Below, piece by piece: positions 33,599-42,004 of a stretch of 64,000 nt of DNA. This DNA comes from Candidatus Prevotella avicola. GTDB lineage: Bacteria; Bacteroidota; Bacteroidia; Bacteroidales; Bacteroidaceae. A model generated the notes under the pieces. The model did no database searches and had not been told where the DNA came from. It saw nothing but the letters and a program-made list of their open reading frames with translations. The DNA lies in the NCBI GenBank assembly GCA_019116685.1, contig DXBE01000021.1, positions 15,457 to 79,456 of the forward strand. The letters run 5' to 3'. Every line of letters starts with the position of its first letter. Position 1 is the first letter of the stretch. The position numbers and the translations under genes are program-made.

Positions 33599-36088
33599 AT
33601 GAAACTCAGTGTCTCCGCAAAAGTCACCATTGGCTATCTCTTTTTCTTGCTGGTGCTCGCGCTCTGCATCTGGTTGGTGTATGACAACATACGCACCTCC
33701 CACTGGCTAGACACCGCCGAGGAACTGGCCGCCAACCGCCGGGATGTCACCGACAGCCTGGTCTACAGCCTCCTGGACGCCAACAACCGGGAACGCGCCA
33801 TTTACCTGGGCTCTGCCGAGGAGTGGGACGCGTATGAGCAAGCCGTGGAAAGAACCCAGGACTTGGCGGAAAGACTGAAGCGTTCCATCAGCGACACCAC
33901 GACCTACCAAAAGATTGACTCCCTGCGCTGGCTGCTTGACCAGAAACTGGACAACACCCTGAGCGTGATGACCCTCATGGCCAACGGAAGCTCGGACAGC
34001 TACGTGCAGCGCAAGGTGGAACAGCTGCGGGAACGCAGGGACTCCGTGGTGGTGAGACCCAAGAGCGTGGAGACCAAGCAAGACAGTACGGTGGTGGTGG
34101 AAGTGGTGAAGACCCGCAAAGGTTTCTTCAGGCGACTGGCCGACGCTTTCCGCAAGCCGCGCACCGACACGGTGAAGGTGACCAAGCACGAGGGAGCGCA
34201 AGAGACTGACTCCGTCACCCACAACATCGACGTGAGTGACAGCGTGGCCACGGTGCTCTCGCAAATACAGGAAAGAGAGGAGGAAGCGAGAGAGCGGAGA
34301 GTGGAGAAGATACGCTCCCGGGAGGAGCGGCAACAGCGAGTGGGCGTGGAACTGACCCGTCGCACCGCCCAACTGCTGGAGGAAATAAGAGACAGCGAAC
34401 GAAGGGAGCTAAGGGATGCCATCGGCGAGACGGCCGCCGCCCGTTATGGCGTGATGCGGCAGATGGGGCTCCTGGGGGGCATCGCCGTGCTTTCCTCACT
34501 GGTATTGCTCTATCTCGTGGGGCGCGACGTGAGACAAAGCAAGCGATATAGTGAACACTTGGAGGAAGCCAAGGCCGACACCGAGCGGCTGATGGCCCAA
34601 AGAGAGAGGCTGCTCTTGACCATCACCCACGACATCAAGGCGCCAGCCGCCTCTATCTCAGGCTTCATAGAATTGTTGCGGGAACACGTAAAAGGCCAGA
34701 AAGCCGCTTCCTATTTGCGCAATATCCAGAATTCCGCCACTCATTTATTGCAGCTCGTCAGGGCGTTGTTGGACTATCACCGACTGGAGAGCGGCAGCGT
34801 GGAGGTGCAGGTAGCCTCTTTCTCCCCGTCCCGATTGCTGGAAAGTTGCGTGGAGGAGATGCGCCCCATGGCGCGGGAACGGGACTTGCGACTGACCTGT
34901 GATACCCAGGGGTGCCCCCAGAAGTTGTTCCTGGGCGACGCTTTCCGCATGCGGCAAATCGTGGACAACCTGCTCAACAACGCTTTGAAATATACCTCGG
35001 AGGGTGGCGTGAGCGTGAAAGGCAATGTGGGGAATGGCTATTTCCACATAGAGGTGGCCGATACTGGCAGGGGCATGAGCCCGGAAGAAAGCCGCAAGGT
35101 GTTCCAAGCCTTCACCCGCCTGGCCAATGCCCAAGGCGAGGAGGGCGTGGGATTGGGACTGTCCATCACCAAGGAATTGACGCAGTTGCTCAATGGCACC
35201 ATCACCCTTTCTTCCCAAAAGGGCAAGGGAACCACTTTCTATGTCACTTTGCCCGTGAAGCCCGCTCCCGCTGACGCTGAAACGGAGCGGGAGGAGATGG
35301 CTATCGCGTCCGACAGGCAGCCCATCGTCATTCCTTCCCAAGAAAGAAAAGGCAAGGAGAAAACAATCCACAAGGTGATGATACTGGATGATGACGGACT
35401 TCAGTTGCGGCTTACCGCCGAGTTGCTGCGCAGGCTCTCGGGCGACAAATGGCGGCTGGAGGCATTTCAGCGAGTGGCCGAGGCCGTGGAGTGGGCGAGG
35501 GCGGAACACCCCGACTTGATATGTATCGACATCGAGATGCCAGAGATGAACGGCATGGAGGTGCTCCACCGCTATCCCGAACTGAAGCAAGCCACTTGCG
35601 TGGCCATGACGGCACATGATCCCAGCATCGCGCCCAGCTTGCGTTTGTCTGGTTTTGATGCCTGTCTGTTTAAACCCATAGACGGAGCGCAGTTGGCCCA
35701 GGTATTGGCGCCCTTTATCGGCGATGCGCCCGTAGAGGAAAGCGCCGAGCCCCAGGCGGGAAACCTGGATGCTCTCACCGCTTACGCCGATGGCGACAAG
35801 GAAGCGGAGCGAGAGATATTGGAGAGTTTCAGACAGGAACTCGAATCCTATCTCAGCCAGTTAGCCGAAGCTTTGAAGACAGATTCCCGCGAGCCTGTTT
35901 CCAAAGTGGCGCACAAATCGTTGCCCACGTTCCATGTGATACAGTCACCCGTAGAGGAAACACTAAAAACCCTATCCCCAGAGGAGATAGGGAAACTGGA
36001 CAACGCCGCCATCGAAGGACACGTTCTTGAGGTGATGGAGGAGATGAGGCGGGTGCTCCAGGCGGTAAAAGAAAGGTTGGGCGATTAG
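33599..36088 (+). CDS. Hybrid sensor histidine kinase/response regulator with a C-terminal HPt domain
   Basis: The ORF opens at 33446. The likely start is 33599 (MKLSVSAKVTIGYLFFLLVLALCIWLVY, TM1). A ~270-aa charged coiled-coil-like region is followed by TM2 (GLLGGIAVLSSLVLLYLVG). HisKA (ITHDIKAPAASI), HATPase (GVGLGLSITKEL), receiver (VMILDDD...DLICIDIEMPEMNG) and an HPt-like tail (AHKSLPTFHVIQ). Confidence 0.9.
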   Translation: MKLSVSAKVTIGYLFFLLVLALCIWLVYDNIRTSHWLDTAEELAANRRDVTDSLVYSLLDANNRERAIYLGSAEEWDAYEQAVERTQDLAERLKRSISDTTTYQKIDSLRWLLDQKLDNTLSVMTLMANGSSDSYVQRKVEQLRERRDSVVVRPKSVETKQDSTVVVEVVKTRKGFFRRLADAFRKPRTDTVKVTKHEGAQETDSVTHNIDVSDSVATVLSQIQEREEEARERRVEKIRSREERQQRVGVELTRRTAQLLEEIRDSERRELRDAIGETAAARYGVMRQMGLLGGIAVLSSLVLLYLVGRDVRQSKRYSEHLEEAKADTERLMAQRERLLLTITHDIKAPAASISGFIELLREHVKGQKAASYLRNIQNSATHLLQLVRALLDYHRLESGSVEVQVASFSPSRLLESCVEEMRPMARERDLRLTCDTQGCPQKLFLGDAFRMRQIVDNLLNNALKYTSEGGVSVKGNVGNGYFHIEVADTGRGMSPEESRKVFQAFTRLANAQGEEGVGLGLSITKELTQLLNGTITLSSQKGKGTTFYVTLPVKPAPADAETEREEMAIASDRQPIVIPSQERKGKEKTIHKVMILDDDGLQLRLTAELLRRLSGDKWRLEAFQRVAEAVEWARAEHPDLICIDIEMPEMNGMEVLHRYPELKQATCVAMTAHDPSIAPSLRLSGFDACLFKPIDGAQLAQVLAPFIGDAPVEESAEPQAGNLDALTAYADGDKEAEREILESFRQELESYLSQLAEALKTDSREPVSKVAHKSLPTFHVIQSPVEETLKTLSPEEIGKLDNAAIEGHVLEVMEEMRRVLQAVKERLGD

Positions 36089-36696
36089 TCGCGCAAGAGC
36101 TCCCGCAAGATGGGGTTGTTGGTGGTTCGGGCCATCTTGCGGAGGGCTTTGTCCCTGATTTGCCTGACGCGTTCCCGTTTCAGCCCCATGTCTTCCGCTA
36201 TCTCCGCCATGGTGAGCCGTGCGTGCTCCAATCCATAGAAAGCGTTCACCACCTGTTGTTCCCTTTCTTCCAAGGCCTTTACGGCTTCTTTTAAGTCTTC
36301 GGTCATTTTGCGCAGCGTGGTGTCCTCGTCGCCCTGGGTGGCGTTGGGGTCGGCCAAGATGTCAAGCAGGGTATATTTGCTTCCCTCCTTCACGGGAGCG
36401 TCCATGGAGACGGGGGCGGCTTTGCGGGTGCTCTTGCTTACTTGCCTGTCTACTTGCATGCCGCCGTTGGCCTGGGCCGCGATGGCTTTCCTCATGGCCT
36501 TTTCGATGAAGGGCTTGGCGTATCCCACGAATTTGTTCCCTCTGCTTGGGTCATATTTGCCGGCGGCCTCAATCAAGGCCAGCGTGCCTTCGCTTACCAA
36601 GTCTTCGAAGTCGACACCCTTTCCGCGATGATGGTCGGCCATCGCTTTCACGTAGTTCATATTCTCGCTGATGAGTCTTTCCTTCTCTTTTTCCAT
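36085..36696 (-). CDS. Short sigma-70-family RNA polymerase sigma factor (non-ECF-looking, regions 2 and 4)
   Basis: 203 aa. Region 2-like DLVSEGTLALIEAAGKYDPSRGNKFVGYAKPFIEKAMRKAI. Region 4.2-like LEEREQQVVNAFYGLEHARLTMAEIAEDMGLKRERVRQIRDKALRKM. Its stop codon overlaps the kinase stop (TTAG). Confidence 0.85.
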   Translation of the reverse strand: MEKEKERLISENMNYVKAMADHHRGKGVDFEDLVSEGTLALIEAAGKYDPSRGNKFVGYAKPFIEKAMRKAIAAQANGGMQVDRQVSKSTRKAAPVSMDAPVKEGSKYTLLDILADPNATQGDEDTTLRKMTEDLKEAVKALEEREQQVVNAFYGLEHARLTMAEIAEDMGLKRERVRQIRDKALRKMARTTNNPILRELLRD

Positions 36697-36741
36697 AGTC
36701 AGTCCCTAATAATATATAATGTATACCTGTGTTGTATAGGG

Positions 36742-36749
36742 CAAAAATA
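36742..36749 (-). promoter_or_regulatory. Candidate -7 promoter box (TAnnTTTG on the minus strand) for the sigma factor gene
   Basis: The plus strand reads CAAAAATA, which is TATTTTTG on the minus strand, about 46 nt upstream of the start at 36696. Confidence 0.35.
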
Positions 36750-36846
36750 GGTTTTTCTTCGCAGATACGCAAATTCTGAAAGTGAAAAGTTGTAACTTCG
36801 CGCCGTTTGCCGCATAGGCGGCAACGTTTCCTTAATTTATCAAATC

Positions 36847-38916
36847 ATGTACAAGACGATTTTCAACAAGCGCGAGGTAGTCGTGTTCAAGCGTTTCTTG
36901 AACAAGGGCTATGCCCTCTTCTCGTACTTGGGCAGGGAGGTCATTATCGGTACGCTGAGCGTAGCCACGCTGTCGAGCGCCAAGGCAGACAGCATTTCCA
37001 CGCAAACGTACAGGATAGGGGCCGACACGCTCATCAGTATGCAGAGGGAACTCGAGGAGGTGAGCATCACCGGAGCCCGAGCGCCGCTGACCCAGCGTCA
37101 GCAATCGAGAATGGTAACTGTACTGAGCCGGGAGGAGATTCAAGCGGCGCCAGTGCAAAGTGTAAACGACCTACTGAAATATGTGGCGGGAGTGGATGTC
37201 CGGCAGCGGGGGCCTATGGGCGCCCAGACAGACATCAGCGTCAGGGGAGGCAACTATGAGCAGATAGACGTGTTGCTCAATGGTGTCAGCATCCGTGACC
37301 CGCAAACGGGGCACAACTCTTTTGACTTTCCCGTGGACAAGTCCGCCATAGAGCGGATAGAGATACTCAGCGGGCCAGCCGCCAGGGTTTATGGCGCGTC
37401 CTCACTGCTGGGCGCCATCAATATCGTGACCCGCATGCCCGGGAAGAGCGGCCTGGACGCCAACTTGGGAGCGGGCAGTTATGGCACATTTGGCTTGGGT
37501 GCCCGTGGCAACATAGTCTCAGGAAGATGGAACAACGCCCTTTCGGCTTCTTACGCCCGAAGCGATGGCTACTTGAGAAACACCGCGGGCAAGCTGAACA
37601 CCGACTTCAAGACCGCCAAGGCCTTTTACCAGGGACAATACCAAGACGATTGGGTCACTGCCCGTTGGCACGCGGGCGTCAGCGTGAAAGATTTCGGTTC
37701 CAACAATTTCTACAGTCTTTCTTCCGATGACCAATTTGAACATACGTTGAAAACCTACGTGGCCTTGGTGGCGGAAACCAAAGTGGGCGGTCTGCGATTG
37801 CGCCCCTCGGTTTACTGGAACCACAATGAGGACCGATGGGAACTCTATCGAGACCAGCCCGAAAGATATCCCTTCAACTATCACCGCTCTGATGTCTATG
37901 GCGTGGGCGTCAACGCTTATTTCGACTGGGCGGCAGGGCGCACGGCTTTCGCGGCGGACTTGCGCGATGAAGACTTGGTGAGCACCTCGCTAGGCGAGCC
38001 GTTGGACAATCCCCGGCCTATTCATGGCACCGACTTGAGCTATACCCGCGGGTTGAACCGCACCAATGTCCAGTTGGCGCTAGAGCATAACTTCTTCTGG
38101 CGGGGGCTCGCCTTGTCGGCGGGCTTCACTGCCGTGGAAAACAGCTGGGCCAACATGGGAATGAAAATCTATCCGGGCATTGATGCCGCTTACAGGATAA
38201 GCGACCGCTGGAAGGTGTACGCCTCTGCCAACAGCTCGCTTCGCATGCCCTCGGCCACGGAGCTTTACTATTCCCAAAAAGGGCACGCGGCCGACAAGCA
38301 TTTACGCCCCGAGGAACTATGGGCATTGGAAGTGGGCGCGAGATATGTGGCAGGCGGCATGGAAATGGACGTAAAGGGATTTCATCACCAGTACACGAAC
38401 TTGATAGACTGGATAGATGACGGCACCGTGGATGAGGCTGGCGACGCGGTGTGGAAGTCCGTGAACTTCGGCAAGATAAAGGCTTGGGGAATGGAGGCCA
38501 ATCTTAACCTGGGCTTACGCGCCCTCCTCCCTGGGCAACAATGGCTGGAAAGCTTCTCCGCTAGTTACTGCTACATGTCGCAGAACCACCAGGAACAGGC
38601 AGGCATACGCAGCCTTTACGTCTTGGAATACTTGCGCCATAAGTTCACCGCCAGCTTGCGAATGACACCTCTCAAGCGACTGCTCGTTGATTTGCGCTAT
38701 CGTTTGCAACACAGGGTGGGCAGTTACGTGGACTATCTGGGTGTTACCCATAGCTATGGCACTTATGGCGTGCTGGACGGAAGAGTGGCATGGCAAGCTG
38801 GCCAGTGGGATGCCTACGTGGACATGAACAATCTGCTCGCCAAGCGATACGTGGATATCGGTAACGTGGAACAGCCTGGCCGTTATTTCATGGCAGGCTT
38901 GGCCATACACCTGTGA
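36847..38916 (+). CDS. TonB-dependent receptor (plug plus 22-strand barrel type, not SusC-like)
   Basis: 689 aa. Plug motifs (VSITGARAPL...VTVLSREEIQAAPVQSVNDLLKYVAGVDVRQRG; IEILSGPAARVYGASSLLGAINIVT). C-terminal aromatic-ended barrel (...YFMAGLAIHL). No adjacent SusD. Confidence 0.9.
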   Translation: MYKTIFNKREVVVFKRFLNKGYALFSYLGREVIIGTLSVATLSSAKADSISTQTYRIGADTLISMQRELEEVSITGARAPLTQRQQSRMVTVLSREEIQAAPVQSVNDLLKYVAGVDVRQRGPMGAQTDISVRGGNYEQIDVLLNGVSIRDPQTGHNSFDFPVDKSAIERIEILSGPAARVYGASSLLGAINIVTRMPGKSGLDANLGAGSYGTFGLGARGNIVSGRWNNALSASYARSDGYLRNTAGKLNTDFKTAKAFYQGQYQDDWVTARWHAGVSVKDFGSNNFYSLSSDDQFEHTLKTYVALVAETKVGGLRLRPSVYWNHNEDRWELYRDQPERYPFNYHRSDVYGVGVNAYFDWAAGRTAFAADLRDEDLVSTSLGEPLDNPRPIHGTDLSYTRGLNRTNVQLALEHNFFWRGLALSAGFTAVENSWANMGMKIYPGIDAAYRISDRWKVYASANSSLRMPSATELYYSQKGHAADKHLRPEELWALEVGARYVAGGMEMDVKGFHHQYTNLIDWIDDGTVDEAGDAVWKSVNFGKIKAWGMEANLNLGLRALLPGQQWLESFSASYCYMSQNHQEQAGIRSLYVLEYLRHKFTASLRMTPLKRLLVDLRYRLQHRVGSYVDYLGVTHSYGTYGVLDGRVAWQAGQWDAYVDMNNLLAKRYVDIGNVEQPGRYFMAGLAIHL

Positions 38917-39072
38917 CGCTTGGGCGCACACCAATGACAATGGCGAAGGCTTCTTTCCGCCGCTCCCCGCGGCAAGGGAGGAAGCCTTCCCTCGATGACG
39001 GCAGAGGCAGGCGGCGGGGGAGCCTCACTCAATGCCCCAGCTACCTCGCGCTTAGCCGCCCGCCCACCAGGA

Positions 39073-39157
39073 AATCATCTTAGATGAAAGTGGGAATCAT
39101 CTTACTCTATTCCTAGAATCATCTAAGACCATTCCCGGAATCATCTAAGATGATTCC
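39073..39157. repeat. Phased array of four AATCATCTWAGA-type sites with an exact 22-bp period
   Basis: AATCATCT starts at 39073, 39095, 39117 and 39139. The first site contains the palindrome TCATCTTAGATGA. The last is a 21-bp perfect palindrome, GGAATCATCTAAGATGATTCC (39137-39157). Confidence 0.85.
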
Positions 39158-39255
39158 TCACCTCGCCGAGGGAAAGGACAGGTCTATCTGAGGGCTTCGC
39201 CAGGCAAGAGCGGGCATTTTTCCCTCATACGCTTTGCCATACGAAAAGAATTGCC

Positions 39256-39263
39256 TACCTTTG
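39256..39263 (+). promoter_or_regulatory. Candidate -7 promoter box (TAnnTTTG) for the SpmA/B-like gene
   Basis: TACCTTTG lies about 10 nt upstream of the ATG at 39273. Confidence 0.35.
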
Positions 39264-39272
39264 CAAGCGTTT

Positions 39273-40502
39273 ATGGTACTGAATTACATTTGGATAGCCT
39301 TCTTTGTCATCGCCTTCCTCTTCGGGGCGATACAGCTGTGCATGGGAGACGCGGGTGTCTTCCAACGTATCGTCGACGCTACGTTCTCCTCTTCCAAGAC
39401 CGCTTTCGAGACCTCCCTGGGTCTTACGGGCGTATTGGCGCTATGGCTGGGTATCATGAAGATAGGCGAACGCTCGGGCATGGTCGACGTGTTGGCCCGC
39501 TGCCTTAGCCCTCTTTTCACTAAGCTGTTCCCAGACATTCCCCGCAACCATCCTGCCATGGGCAGCATTTTCATGAACATAGCCTCCAACATGTTGGGAC
39601 TGGACAACGCCGCCACCCCTACCGGCCTGAAGGCCATGCAGCAGATGCAGGAGCTGAACCCGAAAAAGGATACCGCCACCAACCCGATGATTATGTTCCT
39701 GGTGCTCAACACCAGCGGGCTTACGGTCATTCCCACCACGATACTGGCTTTCCGCGCCTCTTATGGGGCGGCGCAGCCTACCGACGTGTTCATCCCTATC
39801 TTGTTGGCCACCACCGTGGCCACCATAGCGGGCATCATCATCACGGCTCTTTGGCAGCGCATCAATCTCTTGCAGCCCGTGCTGCTCAGTTTCCTGGGGG
39901 GCATCATCGTGTTCTTGGGATTGGTGATATGGGTCTTTGGCCAAATGGACAAGGACACCATGGCCACGGTGACGAGTGTCGCCTCCAACTTTATCCTGCT
40001 CAGCATCATCCTCACGTTTATCCTCTCGGGCGTATTCCGCAAGGTGAATGTCTACGACGCTTTCATAGAGGGGGCAAAAGAAGGCTTTTCCACCGCCGTC
40101 AGAATCATTCCCTATTTGGTGGCCATATTGGTGGGCGTAGGTGTTTTCAGGGCATCTGGCGCCATGGACATGTTGATAGACGGCATCGCTTGGGGCGTGG
40201 AAAGCTGTGGACTGGACAGCGAGTTCGTGGGCGCTCTGCCTACCGCCTTGATGAAGCCCCTTTCTGGCAGTGGAGCGAGAGGGCTGATGCTGGAGGCCAT
40301 GAGCAATTATGGGCCAGACTCCTTCGTGGGACGGTTGAGTTGCATCTTCCAAGGTTCCACCGACACTACCTTTTATATCCTGGCGGTCTACTTCGGAGCC
40401 GTCAGCATCAAATATACCCGTCACGCTGTGGCGTGCGGTCTGTTGGCCGATCTTTTCGGCGTAGCGGCCGCCATTAGCGTGGCATATCTATTCTTCGGAT
40501 AA
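39273..40502 (+). CDS. Nucleoside-recognition-domain membrane protein (fused SpmA/SpmB-like)
   Basis: The ORF opens at 39234. The likely start is 39273 (MVLNYIWIAFFVIAFLFG). Polytopic, with SpmA-like N-terminal and SpmB-like C-terminal halves (e.g. GLTGVLALWLGIMKIGERSGM; FVGRLSCIFQGSTDTTFYILAVYFG). Confidence 0.75.
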   Translation: MVLNYIWIAFFVIAFLFGAIQLCMGDAGVFQRIVDATFSSSKTAFETSLGLTGVLALWLGIMKIGERSGMVDVLARCLSPLFTKLFPDIPRNHPAMGSIFMNIASNMLGLDNAATPTGLKAMQQMQELNPKKDTATNPMIMFLVLNTSGLTVIPTTILAFRASYGAAQPTDVFIPILLATTVATIAGIIITALWQRINLLQPVLLSFLGGIIVFLGLVIWVFGQMDKDTMATVTSVASNFILLSIILTFILSGVFRKVNVYDAFIEGAKEGFSTAVRIIPYLVAILVGVGVFRASGAMDMLIDGIAWGVESCGLDSEFVGALPTALMKPLSGSGARGLMLEAMSNYGPDSFVGRLSCIFQGSTDTTFYILAVYFGAVSIKYTRHAVACGLLADLFGVAAAISVAYLFFG

Positions 40503-40513
40503 ACCTCGCAACC

Positions 40514-41974
40514 ATGGCAAACTTAAAGTCTTTGGCCAAAGACACGGCCATTTATGGCATGAGCAGCATCATAGGCAGGTTTCTCAATTACCTGCTTGTT
40601 CCTTTGTATACCGCCAAAATCAGCGCGGCATCGGGCGGATATGGCGTAATCACCAATATGTATGCCTACACGGCATTGCTGATGGTCATCCTCACCTATG
40701 GCATGGAAACCACTTTCTTTCGTTTCGCCAACAAGGAAGGGGAAAATGCTCAACGAGTCTACGCTACCACGCTTACCATGGTAGGTACCACCTCGCTGCT
40801 TTTCGTGGCCTTGGTCTTCCTCTTCCTTTCGCCGTTGAGCGGACTGATGGGGTATGCTGACCATCCTTCCTACGTTTGGGTGATGTTCACCACGGTGGCC
40901 ATTGACGCGTTCCAATGCATTCCTTTCGCTTACCTGCGCTACAAAAAGCGTCCCTTGCGGTTCGCCGCCTTGAAATTGCTGTTCATAGGCCTGAATATCA
41001 CGCTTAATATCATTTATTATCTCGTCATGGGCGGTACGGAGGTAGGTTACGCCTTCTATATTAACCTGGTTTGCACAGGTTCCATCACTTTCTTCTTTTG
41101 GAGGGAGCTGCGCGAGGGCTTTTCCGCGGGAGTGGGCAGCTGGCCTGAGTGTCGCGCCCTGATGGGCAGGATGCTTTCCTATAGTTGGCCCATCCTGGTG
41201 TTGGGCATTGCCGGCATCTTGAACCAGACCGCGGACAAGATACTCTTCCCCTATCTTTATCACGGGGCGGATGCGCATGCCCAACTGGGAATCTACGGAG
41301 CCGCTTCCAAGATAGCCATGATCATGGCCATGATTACCCAGGCTTTCCGTTATGCCTATGAGCCTTTTGTCTTCGGAAAAGCCAAGGAGCGGGACAACCG
41401 TGACACTTACGCCCAGGCCATGAAGTATTTCCTCATCTTCACGTTGCTGGCTTTTCTCTTCGTGGTGGGTTACATTGACATCCTGCGCTTCATTATAGGC
41501 CGCGACTATTGGGAAGGTCTCAAGGTAGTGCCCATTGTCATGGCGGCGGAAATCATGATGGGCGTTTATTTCAATCTGTCTTTTTGGTACAAATTGATAG
41601 ACAAGACCATTTGGGGTGCCTATTTCTCCGGCATCGGATGCCTGGTGCTGGTGGCCATCAACATCATCTTCGTTCCCCGTTATGGCTATATGGCCTGCGC
41701 TTGGGCGGGCTTCGCGGGTTATGGCGTGGCCATGACTCTCTCTTATATCGTTGGCCAGCGCAAGTACCCGATAGCTTATCCCATTGGCCGTTGCCTCTCC
41801 TATGTGGCCTTGGCTGTGGTGCTCTGCGTGGGTATGCTGTTGGCCAATAAATATCTCTCCATGGGGTTGGCCGTGGCGGCAAACACTTTGCTGATAGCCG
41901 TTTTCGCCGTTTACCTGGTGAAACGGGATTTTCCGCTGCGCAGCCTTCCCGTGATAGGAAAGCATTTCAAATAA
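40514..41974 (+). CDS. MOP-superfamily polysaccharide/oligosaccharide flippase (Wzx-like)
   Basis: 486 aa, about 12-14 TM segments. N-terminus KDTAIYGMSSIIGRFLNYLLVPLYT is typical of polysaccharide biosynthesis/flippase family proteins. Confidence 0.75.
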   Translation: MANLKSLAKDTAIYGMSSIIGRFLNYLLVPLYTAKISAASGGYGVITNMYAYTALLMVILTYGMETTFFRFANKEGENAQRVYATTLTMVGTTSLLFVALVFLFLSPLSGLMGYADHPSYVWVMFTTVAIDAFQCIPFAYLRYKKRPLRFAALKLLFIGLNITLNIIYYLVMGGTEVGYAFYINLVCTGSITFFFWRELREGFSAGVGSWPECRALMGRMLSYSWPILVLGIAGILNQTADKILFPYLYHGADAHAQLGIYGAASKIAMIMAMITQAFRYAYEPFVFGKAKERDNRDTYAQAMKYFLIFTLLAFLFVVGYIDILRFIIGRDYWEGLKVVPIVMAAEIMMGVYFNLSFWYKLIDKTIWGAYFSGIGCLVLVAINIIFVPRYGYMACAWAGFAGYGVAMTLSYIVGQRKYPIAYPIGRCLSYVALAVVLCVGMLLANKYLSMGLAVAANTLLIAVFAVYLVKRDFPLRSLPVIGKHFK

Positions 41975-42004
41975 CCAAACATATCATAATCAAGACAAGA
42001 AAAG

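Noticed and set aside
36697-36846. Riboswitch (cobalamin, TPP or similar) upstream of the TonB-dependent receptor
   Set aside because: I found only a short hairpin (GTTTGCCGC-ATAG-GCGGCAAC). I could not find a B12-box-like or other conserved riboswitch core by eye. An Infernal/Rfam scan would be needed to be sure.
40523-41965. 480-aa minus-strand ORF antisense to the flippase gene
   Set aside because: It is a shadow ORF of a clear polytopic membrane protein gene. The product is hydrophilic, His/Gly/Gln-rich and without motifs. The same reasoning applies to 39441-40424 (-), 42410-43372 (-) and 48315-49550 (+).
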